Shown here one piece after another: positions 28,665 to 38,572 of a stretch of DNA of 64,000 nucleotides; positions within the stretch are counted from its first letter, which is position 1, and each line of letters opens with the position of its first letter. This DNA is from an uncultured virus (IMG/VR IMGVR_UViG_3300012000_000011). Taxonomy: Duplodnaviria > Heunggongvirae > Uroviricota > Caudoviricetes. The translations under genes and the position numbers were made by a program. The notes under the pieces are model-generated. The model had not been told where the DNA came from, did not search any database, and worked only from the letters and a program-made list of their open reading frames with translations. Location: the IMG/VR virus record IMGVR_UViG_3300012000_000011; one strand, written 5' to 3'.

Positions 28665-29048
28665 ATGCAAAAAGTAAATCATCCTCTTAAAGCAAGAATG
28701 TACATTGGTGGTTTGAAATCGCTACTTGTTGATGTAGCTTCTTCAATTGAAGAAATTGAAAAAACAGGTGGTGTTCCTCAAAGCTTTCTAGAAAATTTAA
28801 CTGATCTCAAAGAAGCAATCGATTTAACTGTAAGCGAGTTTAAAAAGGTTGTTGTTAAGTGTTGTGAGCACGGTGATGGACACGATACCTGTGACGAGGA
28901 TTGTGATGATGATGCTGCGGAAGAATATGAAGAATATTGCGAAACCTGCGAACTTTTGATTGATGAATGCGAATGCGACGTAGAAGAAGAAGCTCCACCA
29001 CCACCACCTCGCAAGCTTCCGGCTAAGAAACTTCCTGCTCGAAAGTAG
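28665..29048 (+). CDS. Hypothetical protein with Cys/Asp/Glu-rich region and basic tail
   Basis: AGGAG RBS; CCEH..HDTCDEDC...CETC..DECEC; PPPPP; KLPAKKLPARK. Confidence 0.7.
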   Translation: MQKVNHPLKARMYIGGLKSLLVDVASSIEEIEKTGGVPQSFLENLTDLKEAIDLTVSEFKKVVVKCCEHGDGHDTCDEDCDDDAAEEYEEYCETCELLIDECECDVEEEAPPPPPRKLPAKKLPARK

Positions 29049-29074
29049 TTAAAGTGGATTGAAAGGATTTAAAG

Positions 29075-29458
29075 ATGTTTAAATGGCTTAAGAGTTTATT
29101 CAGTAGCAACAAAAGGTCATGGGGCGGCTCAAAGGTATTATGGGATACTCCATATGTTAGAGTTACTTGGATTTGGGTTGAAGCTGGCAAAGCAACAGAA
29201 CTTTATACTTCACAAGATTTCACTGTTAAGGATTGGTTGTTTTTGAAAGGTAGTGGTGATTATACCGTTGGAGCTATGAAGAAGAAAATTCTTCCCGGCA
29301 CACATCCTATTATCACTGCTGGAACAAAGCATTCAATTCAAGCAAGTAACGAACGTGTAGAGGTTCTAGAGATTCTTTCCGGTCCTCCAGTTATCGAGAG
29401 TTCCAAGCAACTTCCCGCACCAGTACAAACCGTGGTACCACCACCCGAAAACTCATAA
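29075..29458 (+). CDS. Cupin-fold protein (degenerate)
   Basis: W.FLKGSG...I.AGTKHSI...VEVLEI.SG. Confidence 0.6.
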   Translation: MFKWLKSLFSSNKRSWGGSKVLWDTPYVRVTWIWVEAGKATELYTSQDFTVKDWLFLKGSGDYTVGAMKKKILPGTHPIITAGTKHSIQASNERVEVLEILSGPPVIESSKQLPAPVQTVVPPPENS

Positions 29459-29542
29459 TATTTAGCTTTCCAAAACGGTGAGTTATATACTTTACTCTAT
29501 GAGTAAAGACCAAACAATAACAAAAAAACATTTAAAAATACT

Positions 29543-29572
29543 TGAGATTGCTAAAAAGGATGTGCTATACTC
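29543..29572 (+). promoter_or_regulatory. Sigma70-like promoter with extended -10
   Basis: TTGAGA-N18-TATACT preceded by TG; similar TGnTAnnnT boxes precede many accessory genes. Confidence 0.5.
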
Positions 29573-29603
29573 TAATAGTATAGACAACCTTTTAGATAGC
29601 AAA

Positions 29604-30434
29604 ATGACAATCTCAACAGACATTGATTTTTCTTCACCTACCAACGTAGAATATATTCAACTTCGTAAGCATGTCTCTTATTCAGAGATCGCTACTTGGA
29701 TGGATTGTTCGTTTAAACACAAGCTCAAGTATCTTGATGAAGTCAAGACCGAGAATGACGGTCCCTCCGAGCATACAGAGTTCGGTCAAGTTATTCACGA
29801 TGCACTAGAACAATACCTAACAACCAAGGTAATGCCACCTATCGAGCAAGTAAGAGCAAACCTTACCGAGATGTTCAGTAAGCTTCCAAATGCTAGCGAG
29901 CTAAAGGAAAGCGAATGGCACGATACCATTGAACCTATTCTTTCAGAGGTACCAGCCTTTATGGAAAATACTTTTGGTGATTGGAAGTTTGTTGCTGCCG
30001 AGCTACCTTTGATGGAATCAATCGATAATCACAATCATATGTTCAAGGGATTTATCGATGGAGTAATTGAAGGTGTAAACAAAAAGGGTGAGCGAGTTGT
30101 TTGGATTATTGATTGGAAGACTTGTTCGTTCTTTTGGCCGCTAGCCAAGCGTATCGACCCCAAGAAAACGATGCAGCTTGCCTTTTATAAACATTTCTAT
30201 GCCAGAAAGCATAACTTGTCTCTCAAGGATATCAAGTGTGGCTTTATTCTCTTGCGTAGAAGCAAGAAGGCTAATAACTGTGAACTTGTTACAGTAAGTG
30301 TTGGTGACAAGGCAGTAGAAAAAGCTATGAGCACGATTGATACTATGCTGGGTTATATTCAAAAGCGTATGTTTCCAAAGAACAGAGAATCATGTAAGTA
30401 TTGTCCATATGCCGGAACGGAGCATTGTCCATGA
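29604..30434 (+). CDS. PD-(D/E)XK nuclease, RecB/Cas4-like with 4-Cys motif
   Basis: SYS...C, G..IH.ALE, E, GFID, IIDWKT, QLAFY, CKYC......C; ATG 29604 preferred. Confidence 0.85.
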   Translation: MTISTDIDFSSPTNVEYIQLRKHVSYSEIATWMDCSFKHKLKYLDEVKTENDGPSEHTEFGQVIHDALEQYLTTKVMPPIEQVRANLTEMFSKLPNASELKESEWHDTIEPILSEVPAFMENTFGDWKFVAAELPLMESIDNHNHMFKGFIDGVIEGVNKKGERVVWIIDWKTCSFFWPLAKRIDPKKTMQLAFYKHFYARKHNLSLKDIKCGFILLRRSKKANNCELVTVSVGDKAVEKAMSTIDTMLGYIQKRMFPKNRESCKYCPYAGTEHCP

Positions 30435-31375
30435 AGAATGTGCTAGTAACTGGGGGGCTTGGTTTTATTGGTAGTCACGTTGTAGATTTACTACTAGAAC
30501 AAGATTACAACGTAACGGTTGTAGACAACTTAGACACCGGGAAACAAGCCAATCTTCAACATTTGAAACCTTATGAAAATTCTCGGCTTAAAATTTACAA
30601 ATTTGAGTTTGATGATTTTGGTATTTTATCAAACATAAGGGATGGTAAGTACGATTACGTTTTGCATCTTGCGGCAAAAGCGAGCGTTCCTTATTCGGTT
30701 GACAATCCTATGCTGTCAAACGACGTTAATGTGTCGAAAACTTTAGCATTGCTAGACGCTTGTAGGTCTGGTAAAGTCAAAAAGTTTGTGTTTTCTTCTT
30801 CGTCTGCTGTATACGGTGACTCTGATATGTTTCCTACAAAAGAATCGTGCAGCAAAAACCCATTGTCTCCGTATGCTTTACAGAAAAGCGTTATCGAAGA
30901 TTATTGCAAGATGTTTTATAACCTTTATGGTGTAGAAAGCGTTTGTTTGCGATATTTCAATGTTTTTGGTCCAAGGCAAGCAGGTTCGGGACCATATGCT
31001 AATGTTATTTCTTCATGGTGCGAAAACGGTATCAAACACAAGAAGATTCGGTTGGATGGTAAAGGTGAATCGTCACGAGATTTTGTTTATGTGAAAGACG
31101 TTGCAAAAGCAAATTTGCTAGCAATGACTAGTCATATGAAACACGCATGTATTAATATCGGTGGTGGTAACTCTATTCCTATTAAAGATGTGCTTCTTAC
31201 TTTTGAAGAATGTTTTGATGTACAAGTTACGAATGCACCAGCAAGACTAGGTGATCCACTTCGTACATTGGCTGATGTTAGTTTGGCAAAAACGTTGCTT
31301 GGATTCGAACCAACAAAAGTTACACCTGACTTGTTTCGTGAAACCTTTGTTTGGTACAAGGAGAACGTTAAATGA
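30431..31375 (+). CDS. NAD-dependent nucleotide-sugar epimerase/dehydratase
   Basis: VTGGLGFIGSH, SSSAVYG, SPYALQK, LRYFNVFGPRQ, RDFVYV.D. Confidence 0.92.
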   Translation: MKNVLVTGGLGFIGSHVVDLLLEQDYNVTVVDNLDTGKQANLQHLKPYENSRLKIYKFEFDDFGILSNIRDGKYDYVLHLAAKASVPYSVDNPMLSNDVNVSKTLALLDACRSGKVKKFVFSSSSAVYGDSDMFPTKESCSKNPLSPYALQKSVIEDYCKMFYNLYGVESVCLRYFNVFGPRQAGSGPYANVISSWCENGIKHKKIRLDGKGESSRDFVYVKDVAKANLLAMTSHMKHACINIGGGNSIPIKDVLLTFEECFDVQVTNAPARLGDPLRTLADVSLAKTLLGFEPTKVTPDLFRETFVWYKENVK

Positions 31376-33375
31376 ACACAAAAATGAAAATCGTTGTTCC
31401 AGTTTATAATGCCCAAGAATGGATTAAAAAATGTTTGGAATCTATTGCAACACAACAACACAAGAACTTTGAATGTGTTGTTATCAACGATGCGTCAAAA
31501 GACAATACAAAGGAAGCGATAAACAGCCTACAACTTGATGAACGATTTCATGTAATACACAACGAAGTCAATCAAGGTGCGTTGTATAACATCGTTAACG
31601 GTTTTAAGTATCTTCAAGCAGAAAAAGAACCAGAAAGCGTATTGATGGCTATTGATGGTGATGATTGGTTGTTTAGTCCAACATCGTTAACAGTTATCAA
31701 CAAGGTATATACCAAAATGCCTAGTTGTCTTTTGACATATGGCAGCTACAACGATTGGCCCACGGGAGCCAAAGGTATTTGTGAAGCATTTCCACAAGAA
31801 GTTATCAACGCTCGCTCTTATCGAGCTTATCCAAAGTTTGTTACTTCACATCTAAGAACCTTTAAAAGCAAGCTTTGGTATTCGCTACAAGAACAAGATT
31901 TAATCGATCCAAGAACAAACAAGCATTACTCCGTTGCTTGGGATTTAGCGTTTATGATGCCCATGCTAGAAATGGCTGGGAAGCATTTTGTGTTCATCGA
32001 TCAGCCATTGTACTCATATAATCGTAACAACCCAATCAGTGATGGTTATATTCGTCAAAAACAACAATGGGAAACCGATCAATTTATTCGTAAGCTTCCA
32101 AGAAAAGAAGTGATTGATTTTAATTCCAAGGTAACCGATGGGATTGATGCAAAACAGTTATTGACTCCTTACAGATTTGATGTGGCCGTAAAATATATGT
32201 ACGCCAAATCGATTGTAGAGGGTTTTAAAACCGATTACTTCAAAGATGCGTACAAAGAGCATCTCAAGGTTTGGAACGGCTTTAAAGAGTATGACAACCC
32301 CAACAAAACAACCTTTGAAGCGTTTGACAACGAATTCAAATCAATCATTAAATCGATTGAAAACAAAGGTTTTGATGCAACAGTTTCCAAGGTACCTATT
32401 CAAGATTCAAAATATATTTTGAATGGAGCGCATCGTGTTGCCGCTGCAATGGCATTAAACAAACAAGTTGTATGCAAACAAGGTGTTGACGGTAATGATG
32501 GGCAGATGTATTGCGGTTGGCCTATGTTTCAAAAGCTTGGCTTGTCCCACGTTTATGCAGATCAAGCAGCTATAGAATATGCCAAGCTAAAACCAAACAC
32601 TTTTATCGCTACTTTGTTTCCAGCGGCAAAAGGAAATGGACAACTAGCTGTTGATGTACTTAACAAGCATGGCAAGGTTGTTTATTACAAAAGTGTCAAG
32701 TTAATCAAAAACGGTCCATTGAATCTAATGGCAGAGTTTTATGAAAACGAAGCATGGGCTGGCGGGCCACATAACAACTATGCAGGTTATCGAGAAAAGG
32801 CTAACTTGTGTTTTACATCAGATCATCCAACGGTGTTCTTTTTGGTTGAGTTCGACAGTTTGCAAAACTCTGTTGCGGCCAAACGTGAGATAAGAGAAGC
32901 ATTTAACCTTGGCAACCACACCATTCATATCAACGATACACACGAACAAACCATTAGACTAGCTAACGTTGTGTTTAACAACAACAGCTTGCATCATTTG
33001 GTTTATGCCAAAAAGGTTTCGTTTCCAAAGTTCGATCAACTTCTTGCTAAGTTTAAGCAACTAGTTCCTAATGTAGACGACTATGCTGTTACTGTAAGCT
33101 CTGTGTTGTCTGCGTATGGTTTAAGAGAAGGTAAGGATTTAGATTACGTTACAAGAAGCAATGTGATTGTTAAAGATGATTTGATTGATTGCCATAATCA
33201 ATATCTGGAAACGTTGTATGGTACAACCGCTGATGAAATTGTACTAAACCCTAGAAACTACTTTTATACCAAAGGTGTTAAGTTTGTATCGCTTGCCTTT
33301 ATTCGTGATTTGAAAGCAAAACGAAACGAACCAAAAGACATAGAAGATATTAAACTGATAGATTCGTTAGCATGA
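31372..33375 (+). CDS. GT2 glycosyltransferase fused to an uncharacterised C-terminal region
   Basis: IVVPVYNA...CLESI, NDAS.D, IDGDDW, SHLRTF; C-terminal NGAHR and DLDY motifs. Confidence 0.85.
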   Translation: MNTKMKIVVPVYNAQEWIKKCLESIATQQHKNFECVVINDASKDNTKEAINSLQLDERFHVIHNEVNQGALYNIVNGFKYLQAEKEPESVLMAIDGDDWLFSPTSLTVINKVYTKMPSCLLTYGSYNDWPTGAKGICEAFPQEVINARSYRAYPKFVTSHLRTFKSKLWYSLQEQDLIDPRTNKHYSVAWDLAFMMPMLEMAGKHFVFIDQPLYSYNRNNPISDGYIRQKQQWETDQFIRKLPRKEVIDFNSKVTDGIDAKQLLTPYRFDVAVKYMYAKSIVEGFKTDYFKDAYKEHLKVWNGFKEYDNPNKTTFEAFDNEFKSIIKSIENKGFDATVSKVPIQDSKYILNGAHRVAAAMALNKQVVCKQGVDGNDGQMYCGWPMFQKLGLSHVYADQAAIEYAKLKPNTFIATLFPAAKGNGQLAVDVLNKHGKVVYYKSVKLIKNGPLNLMAEFYENEAWAGGPHNNYAGYREKANLCFTSDHPTVFFLVEFDSLQNSVAAKREIREAFNLGNHTIHINDTHEQTIRLANVVFNNNSLHHLVYAKKVSFPKFDQLLAKFKQLVPNVDDYAVTVSSVLSAYGLREGKDLDYVTRSNVIVKDDLIDCHNQYLETLYGTTADEIVLNPRNYFYTKGVKFVSLAFIRDLKAKRNEPKDIEDIKLIDSLA

Positions 33376-34184
33376 GAAAACTCAACATGTTCATCCCAAT
33401 AAGGGATGAAACCAATCATATGATAAAAATCTACCAATACTTGTATAACAAATATTGGGGCGATATGAATGTGTATTTCCTTGGCTATTCAAAACCAACA
33501 TTTGAGTTAGAAAAGAACATACATTTTGTTTCGCTAGCTGAAAAAAGAGATCCAAAACCAACAGCGTGGTCAAATGACTTGATTAAGTTCTTTAAACAAC
33601 TTCCAGATCAGTATTTTTACTTTAGCTTGGAAGATTTGTTGGTTATTAGACCTGTTGATTTTGAGCTTTTGGATATATGTGAAGAAATGATGAATCCTTC
33701 TATTGGAAGGATTGATTTATGGAATTCTGTGCAATATGATATAGGGCGCAGAGGTTGGTTGCAACCATACAAAACGCATCGAGGTGTAACGTTTGTGAAA
33801 GAGCATTCGAACGCTCCACCTTCCGTTTACAAGATTTCTTGTTCGAACTCTATTTGGAATCGTGCATGGTTTTTAAAAACCTTGTTTCCGAATTGGTCAA
33901 CATATGATTGGGAAACAAAAGGAAACGATGGTAGAAACAACGACGGATTTGAAGTAATATCTCCTATAAATCGTTGGACTCCATCTGTTGTTCATGCTTT
34001 GAGTCGGAACCATTGGGGCGATGCGATTAATTTGGATGGTATGCTCCCAGATGATAAACAAAAGGTGGCTCAACTGTTAAAAGATATCAACGTTGATAAA
34101 CAATTGATCGAGTTTACATCGATGAATCAAGTTATAAACTTGCGAGGTTTTCAACCAACAGATTCTGACGTATCTAATTTTTAG
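33372..34184 (+). CDS. Putative glycosyltransferase-like protein
   Basis: WS..L..., YFSLEDL, IWNR..., W..E pattern seen in GT-A-like proteins of glycan loci; context. Confidence 0.5.
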   Translation: MRKLNMFIPIRDETNHMIKIYQYLYNKYWGDMNVYFLGYSKPTFELEKNIHFVSLAEKRDPKPTAWSNDLIKFFKQLPDQYFYFSLEDLLVIRPVDFELLDICEEMMNPSIGRIDLWNSVQYDIGRRGWLQPYKTHRGVTFVKEHSNAPPSVYKISCSNSIWNRAWFLKTLFPNWSTYDWETKGNDGRNNDGFEVISPINRWTPSVVHALSRNHWGDAINLDGMLPDDKQKVAQLLKDINVDKQLIEFTSMNQVINLRGFQPTDSDVSNF

Positions 34185-34198
34185 AAAGAGTAAATAAA

Positions 34199-34540
34199 AT
34201 GGAAATAACTACAAAACCTTGGGGATACTATCTCCCTATTTTAGAAGAAGATTACTGCAAAGTTAAAAAGCTGCTCATCAAAGCTGGAGAAGCTCCAAGT
34301 TATCAATATCATTTTAAGCGTAGCGAAGTTTGGGTTGTTGTTAAAGGTCAAGGTGAAGTGAGAATAGACGGAGAAGTTACTACCTGCGGCGTTGGTAGCG
34401 TTATTACTGTTCCTGTCGAAGCAAAACACCAAATTAAAAACACTGGCACCGACGATCTTATTTTTATCGAAGTACAACTTGGAGAATCTTTTGAAGAATC
34501 TGATATCGTAAGAGTTGAAGACAAATATGGCCGACTATAA
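34199..34540 (+). CDS. Mannose-6-phosphate isomerase type II-like cupin
   Basis: KPWGYY, SYQYHFKRSEVW.VV.G, H.I.N, IEVQLG...E.DIVR.ED.YGR. Confidence 0.9.
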   Translation: MEITTKPWGYYLPILEEDYCKVKKLLIKAGEAPSYQYHFKRSEVWVVVKGQGEVRIDGEVTTCGVGSVITVPVEAKHQIKNTGTDDLIFIEVQLGESFEESDIVRVEDKYGRL

Positions 34541-36089
34541 GGTATTGATAACAACCAGTGGTACTGGTTCACGATTAGGAGAACTAACAAAGTACACAAA
34601 CAAAAGTTTGGTACGTGTTGGGGATAAACCTACCATAGCTCACATCATCGATCAGTATTCAAAAGATACCGAGTTCGTGGTTACTCTTGGCTATTATGGT
34701 AGCCATGTTAAACAGTTTTTAGAGCTTTGTTATCCAGATCGTAGCTTTACTTTTGTAGAAGTAGATCATTACACTGGACCAAAAAGCAGCTTGCTATATT
34801 CTATCTCGCTTTGTGAATCAGTATTGCAAAAACCTTTTGTGTTTCATGCTTGCGATACTGTGCTAGGCCCAGAATATCATAAAAACTTAACACTTACTTC
34901 TAACTGGATTGTTGGTTGTGTAAGTGAAGCAAGTCATCACTATCGTACCTTTAACGTTCACCTAGACAAGATTGTTACAATCAATGAAAAAGGTGAACAA
35001 AATTACAACTTTGCCTACGTTGGCGTAGCGGGTATATACGATTATAAAGAGTTTTGGAACGCAACCCGAGAGATTTTGCAGCAACCATCAAACGAACTTT
35101 CCGACTGTCACACAATAAACAAAATGATTGAAAAAGGTTTTAAGTTTTCTTGTAACCAAATCAAATCATGGTTGGACGTAGGAAACGTTGACTCGTTAAA
35201 AATAGCTCGAACAAAAATACCATCTTCGTTTCATGTTTTAGACAAAGACGATGAAAACATATTCATTTTTGATGGGTACGTTTACAAGTTTTTTCACGAC
35301 GAAAAGATTTGTTCGAATCGTGTTGCTAGGTTTGAGCACTTGAAGGATATGGTACCAAAGCTTGTTGCTCATACAACCAACTTTTACAAGTACGAATATG
35401 TAGAAGGCGATTTGTTAGCTGACTGCGTGAATATTTCAAAGTTCAAAGAGCTTTTGAAATGGGCAAACACAAACCTTTGGATTGAAAAACCAAACGCAAA
35501 TCACAAAAGCAACTGTCTTGCGTTCTATAAACAAAAAACTTTTGATCGTGTAAATCGCTTTCTTAAGAAATACAACATAAAAGACGCAGAAAACACAATA
35601 AACGGATTCAAGGTTCCATCGATGGTTGATTTGTTATCGATGGTTGATTTTGATAGTTTGTCTGGAAAGCAATCAACCGGCTATCATGGAGATTTTATCT
35701 TGGATAATGTGTTGATGACAAGCCAAGGAATCAAATTGATTGATTGGAGGCAAGACTTTAACGGAGACATAAAGCATGGTGATATGTTTTATGACTTAGC
35801 CAAACTCAATCACAACTTGATTGTGAATCACGGTATGATTAAAGACAATCAGTTTAAAATCGATTTCTGTGGCAACGAAACAGTTGAGTGTGATATAAAC
35901 GTCAAGAAGTCTTTGATCGACTGTAGACAGGTTATAATCGATTTCTGCGGTCAAAAAAACATCGATTACAAAAACATAGACATACTAACTTCTATTATAT
36001 GGATCAACATGGCTCCGTTGCATGAGCATCCGTTGGATATCTTTTTATACTACTTTGGGAAATACAACCTATTTTTGAAACTACAATGA
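34527..36089 (+). CDS. Nucleotidyltransferase fused to APH/choline-kinase-like domain
   Basis: SGTGSRL..LT...NKSL (NTP_transferase); C-terminal HGDF.LDN, LIDWR, YDLAK. Confidence 0.85.
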   Translation: MADYKVLITTSGTGSRLGELTKYTNKSLVRVGDKPTIAHIIDQYSKDTEFVVTLGYYGSHVKQFLELCYPDRSFTFVEVDHYTGPKSSLLYSISLCESVLQKPFVFHACDTVLGPEYHKNLTLTSNWIVGCVSEASHHYRTFNVHLDKIVTINEKGEQNYNFAYVGVAGIYDYKEFWNATREILQQPSNELSDCHTINKMIEKGFKFSCNQIKSWLDVGNVDSLKIARTKIPSSFHVLDKDDENIFIFDGYVYKFFHDEKICSNRVARFEHLKDMVPKLVAHTTNFYKYEYVEGDLLADCVNISKFKELLKWANTNLWIEKPNANHKSNCLAFYKQKTFDRVNRFLKKYNIKDAENTINGFKVPSMVDLLSMVDFDSLSGKQSTGYHGDFILDNVLMTSQGIKLIDWRQDFNGDIKHGDMFYDLAKLNHNLIVNHGMIKDNQFKIDFCGNETVECDINVKKSLIDCRQVIIDFCGQKNIDYKNIDILTSIIWINMAPLHEHPLDIFLYYFGKYNLFLKLQ

Positions 36090-37090
36090 AAAACGCAAGA
36101 TATTACATTGGACCAATGAGCTTGAACGTTGTTGATGCTGTTATCGATCACAGCAGCAAAGCACCTATTGGATTGATTCCTTCCAGAAGGCAAGTTGATT
36201 ATAGCTCTGGATATGTTAACAACTGGAATACTGCAAATTTCGCTGATTATGTACGTTCTCGCAGTTTAAACGTTTCTCTTTGTCGAGATCATGGAGGGCC
36301 ACTCCAAGGTAGCACGGAAGACGATGGGCTGGTTTCAATTCTTCACGACGCTGAAAGCTTGGATCTTATTCATATCGATCCTTTCAAACAAGAAAAAGAT
36401 ATGCAAAAAGCTGCTTTGGTTACGGTCGAGCTTATACAGCAAGCGTACAAAAGAAACCCAAACGTTTTCTATGAAGTTGGAACCGAAGAAGCTATTAGAA
36501 AGTACGAACCAGAAGACTTACAACGGTTTTTGTCTATTGTTAGATCAAACCTTAAAGATCACGAATATCAACAAATCAAATATGCTGTTGTGCAATCGGG
36601 TACGGGTTTAGATTTAGCCGCTCGTAGAAACACAGGTGAGTTCAATCAAAAGCGTTTAGAAGCATTTGTCATGACTTGCAAGCCGTTTGGACTTTTAAGT
36701 AAAGAACACAACGGAGATTATTTGATTGAGCATCGCCAGCTAGCTCCCAGATTTGATGTTGGATTAGATGCGATCAACATTGCTCCTGAGTTTGGTCAAA
36801 TCGAAACCGAATGGTATATCAACACTTGCAAGAAAGACGAACAAACATATGAAACGTTGTTTGGCATTTGTTATCATTCTGGCAAATGGAAGAAATGGGT
36901 CAATCAACACAATGAAAAACAATTGACAAAGGACAGTTATGTATGGATGACTGTTCACTATCTTTTGTCGGACCCAAAGTTTACTCAACATATCAAACGT
37001 TTGTTTCCAAATGCCGACAGCGAAATAAAACAAATGGTGAATCATAGATTAGATTCACTTTATGAGCAGACAAAAAACTATAGCTTTTGA
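36086..37090 (+). CDS. GatZ/KbaZ-like (ketose-phosphate epimerase) TIM-barrel protein
   Basis: SRRQVD...GY, RDHGGP, IHIDP, EVGTEE, KEHN.DY, NIAPE. Confidence 0.7.
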   Translation: MKNARYYIGPMSLNVVDAVIDHSSKAPIGLIPSRRQVDYSSGYVNNWNTANFADYVRSRSLNVSLCRDHGGPLQGSTEDDGLVSILHDAESLDLIHIDPFKQEKDMQKAALVTVELIQQAYKRNPNVFYEVGTEEAIRKYEPEDLQRFLSIVRSNLKDHEYQQIKYAVVQSGTGLDLAARRNTGEFNQKRLEAFVMTCKPFGLLSKEHNGDYLIEHRQLAPRFDVGLDAINIAPEFGQIETEWYINTCKKDEQTYETLFGICYHSGKWKKWVNQHNEKQLTKDSYVWMTVHYLLSDPKFTQHIKRLFPNADSEIKQMVNHRLDSLYEQTKNYSF

Positions 37091-37439
37091 TTTAGACGAC
37101 GTTCTTTGTGAACGAGACAGTAAGTTTGAATCGTTAGGAGCTTTAAAATATCATCATTGTGTTCCAAAAATGGAATACATCAATATGGCTAACAGCTTAT
37201 ACGAAGCTGGTTACAAGATTATTGTGTACACAGCAAGAGGCATGACTCATTTCGCTGGTGACGTTAAAGCTATTGAAGAAAACCTTAGATCGATAACAGA
37301 ACAACAGTTAAACGATTGGGGTGTTCGTTATCATGAGCTGGTGTTTGGGAAAAAACACTACGAACTTTTAATCGATGATAAGGCATTAAACTCTGTTGGA
37401 CTTACACTTGATCAAATCAAAGGGTTTTTAAACACATGA
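37062..37439 (+). CDS. HAD-superfamily (capsule-type) phosphatase
   Basis: FDLDDVL, YTARG, L.FGK, IDDKA. Confidence 0.85.
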   Translation: MSRQKTIAFDLDDVLCERDSKFESLGALKYHHCVPKMEYINMANSLYEAGYKIIVYTARGMTHFAGDVKAIEENLRSITEQQLNDWGVRYHELVFGKKHYELLIDDKALNSVGLTLDQIKGFLNT

Positions 37440-38572
37440 AACTGATACAACGAAACAAAGATATAATCCTTGATAAAGAGGATTTAGAACACATTTATAC
37501 CTTTAAGGATTTTCCTGTTTTTATGGGATGCGTAGATCAAGATCCAAGCAAAGATCTTGTTGCTGATATGTCTTGGCATATAAGCAAGAAATCTGGCATG
37601 GTTCAACTTAATCCATTGCTTCCATTAGACGTAGTATACAATGTGTCTCATGGTTCTGGAACAACAGGAAAGCTTTGGGAACAGCATCACGAAGCTTTTT
37701 CTAGGTTTATAGAACGGTTCAAAGTAAAAACTGTGCTAGAGATTGGTGGAGGGCACGGACAGCTTGCCAAAAAGTACATTAAAAGAAACCAAGAAACGTT
37801 TTGGGTTATTGTAGAACCCAATCCTTCGGTGGATGAATCTGTTCCAGTTGAAGTTGTTAAAGGTTTTTTCGACAACAACTTCAAACATAGCAAGCGGTTT
37901 GATGCTTTGATTCATTCTCATGTATTAGAGCACGTTTACAACGTTGATGAGTTTTTGTCACATCAATCAAGCTTTATGCAAGAATCTAGTTTGTTGTTGT
38001 TTTCCGTTCCAAATATGCAGGTTATGATCGACAACAACTATACCAACTGCGTTAACTTTGAGCACACCATGTTGCTCACCGAACCTTATATCGAATATTT
38101 GTTGGCAAAACATGGATATGCTTTAGTAGACAAAGAATATTTTATGACAGACCACAGCATATTCTACTGTGCAAGAAAATCTTTGAATGTAGAGAAAATC
38201 GAGTTATCGACCAGCTTGTATGATAAGAATCTTAAAAGCTTTTGCAGCTACATTCAGTTTCATTTGGACGAAGTTCAAAGATTAAACAAGATTATCGACA
38301 AGGCTAGTTCGCCAGTATACTTGTTTGGAGCGCACGTTTTTTCTCAATACTTGATATCGTTTGGTTTGGACACAACAAAGATTGTGTGCTTGTTAGACAA
38401 CGATTTGAAAAAAGAAAACAAACGCTTGTATGGAACAACGTTAATATCAAAAACACCCAAAATTCTAGGGAACGGAGAAAAATGTCTTGTTATTTTGAGG
38501 GCCGGGGTATATAATGAAGAAATCAAGAATGACATTCTTGACAACATAAACAAAAGCGTGGAGTTTATCTGA
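37436..38572 (+). CDS. SAM-dependent methyltransferase (sugar C/O-methyltransferase-like)
   Basis: VLEIGGGHG, HSHVLEH, VPN, EH; C-terminal FGA...LDND..K. Confidence 0.8.
   Translation: MKLIQRNKDIILDKEDLEHIYTFKDFPVFMGCVDQDPSKDLVADMSWHISKKSGMVQLNPLLPLDVVYNVSHGSGTTGKLWEQHHEAFSRFIERFKVKTVLEIGGGHGQLAKKYIKRNQETFWVIVEPNPSVDESVPVEVVKGFFDNNFKHSKRFDALIHSHVLEHVYNVDEFLSHQSSFMQESSLLLFSVPNMQVMIDNNYTNCVNFEHTMLLTEPYIEYLLAKHGYALVDKEYFMTDHSIFYCARKSLNVEKIELSTSLYDKNLKSFCSYIQFHLDEVQRLNKIIDKASSPVYLFGAHVFSQYLISFGLDTTKIVCLLDNDLKKENKRLYGTTLISKTPKILGNGEKCLVILRAGVYNEEIKNDILDNINKSVEFI

Noticed and set aside
29478..29603. N-terminal extension of the nuclease ORF (similarly 13199, 30401, 34515, 39426, 57900 starts)
   Set aside because: Extensions overlap promoter-like sequence or upstream genes; downstream ATGs fit domain starts and coupling better
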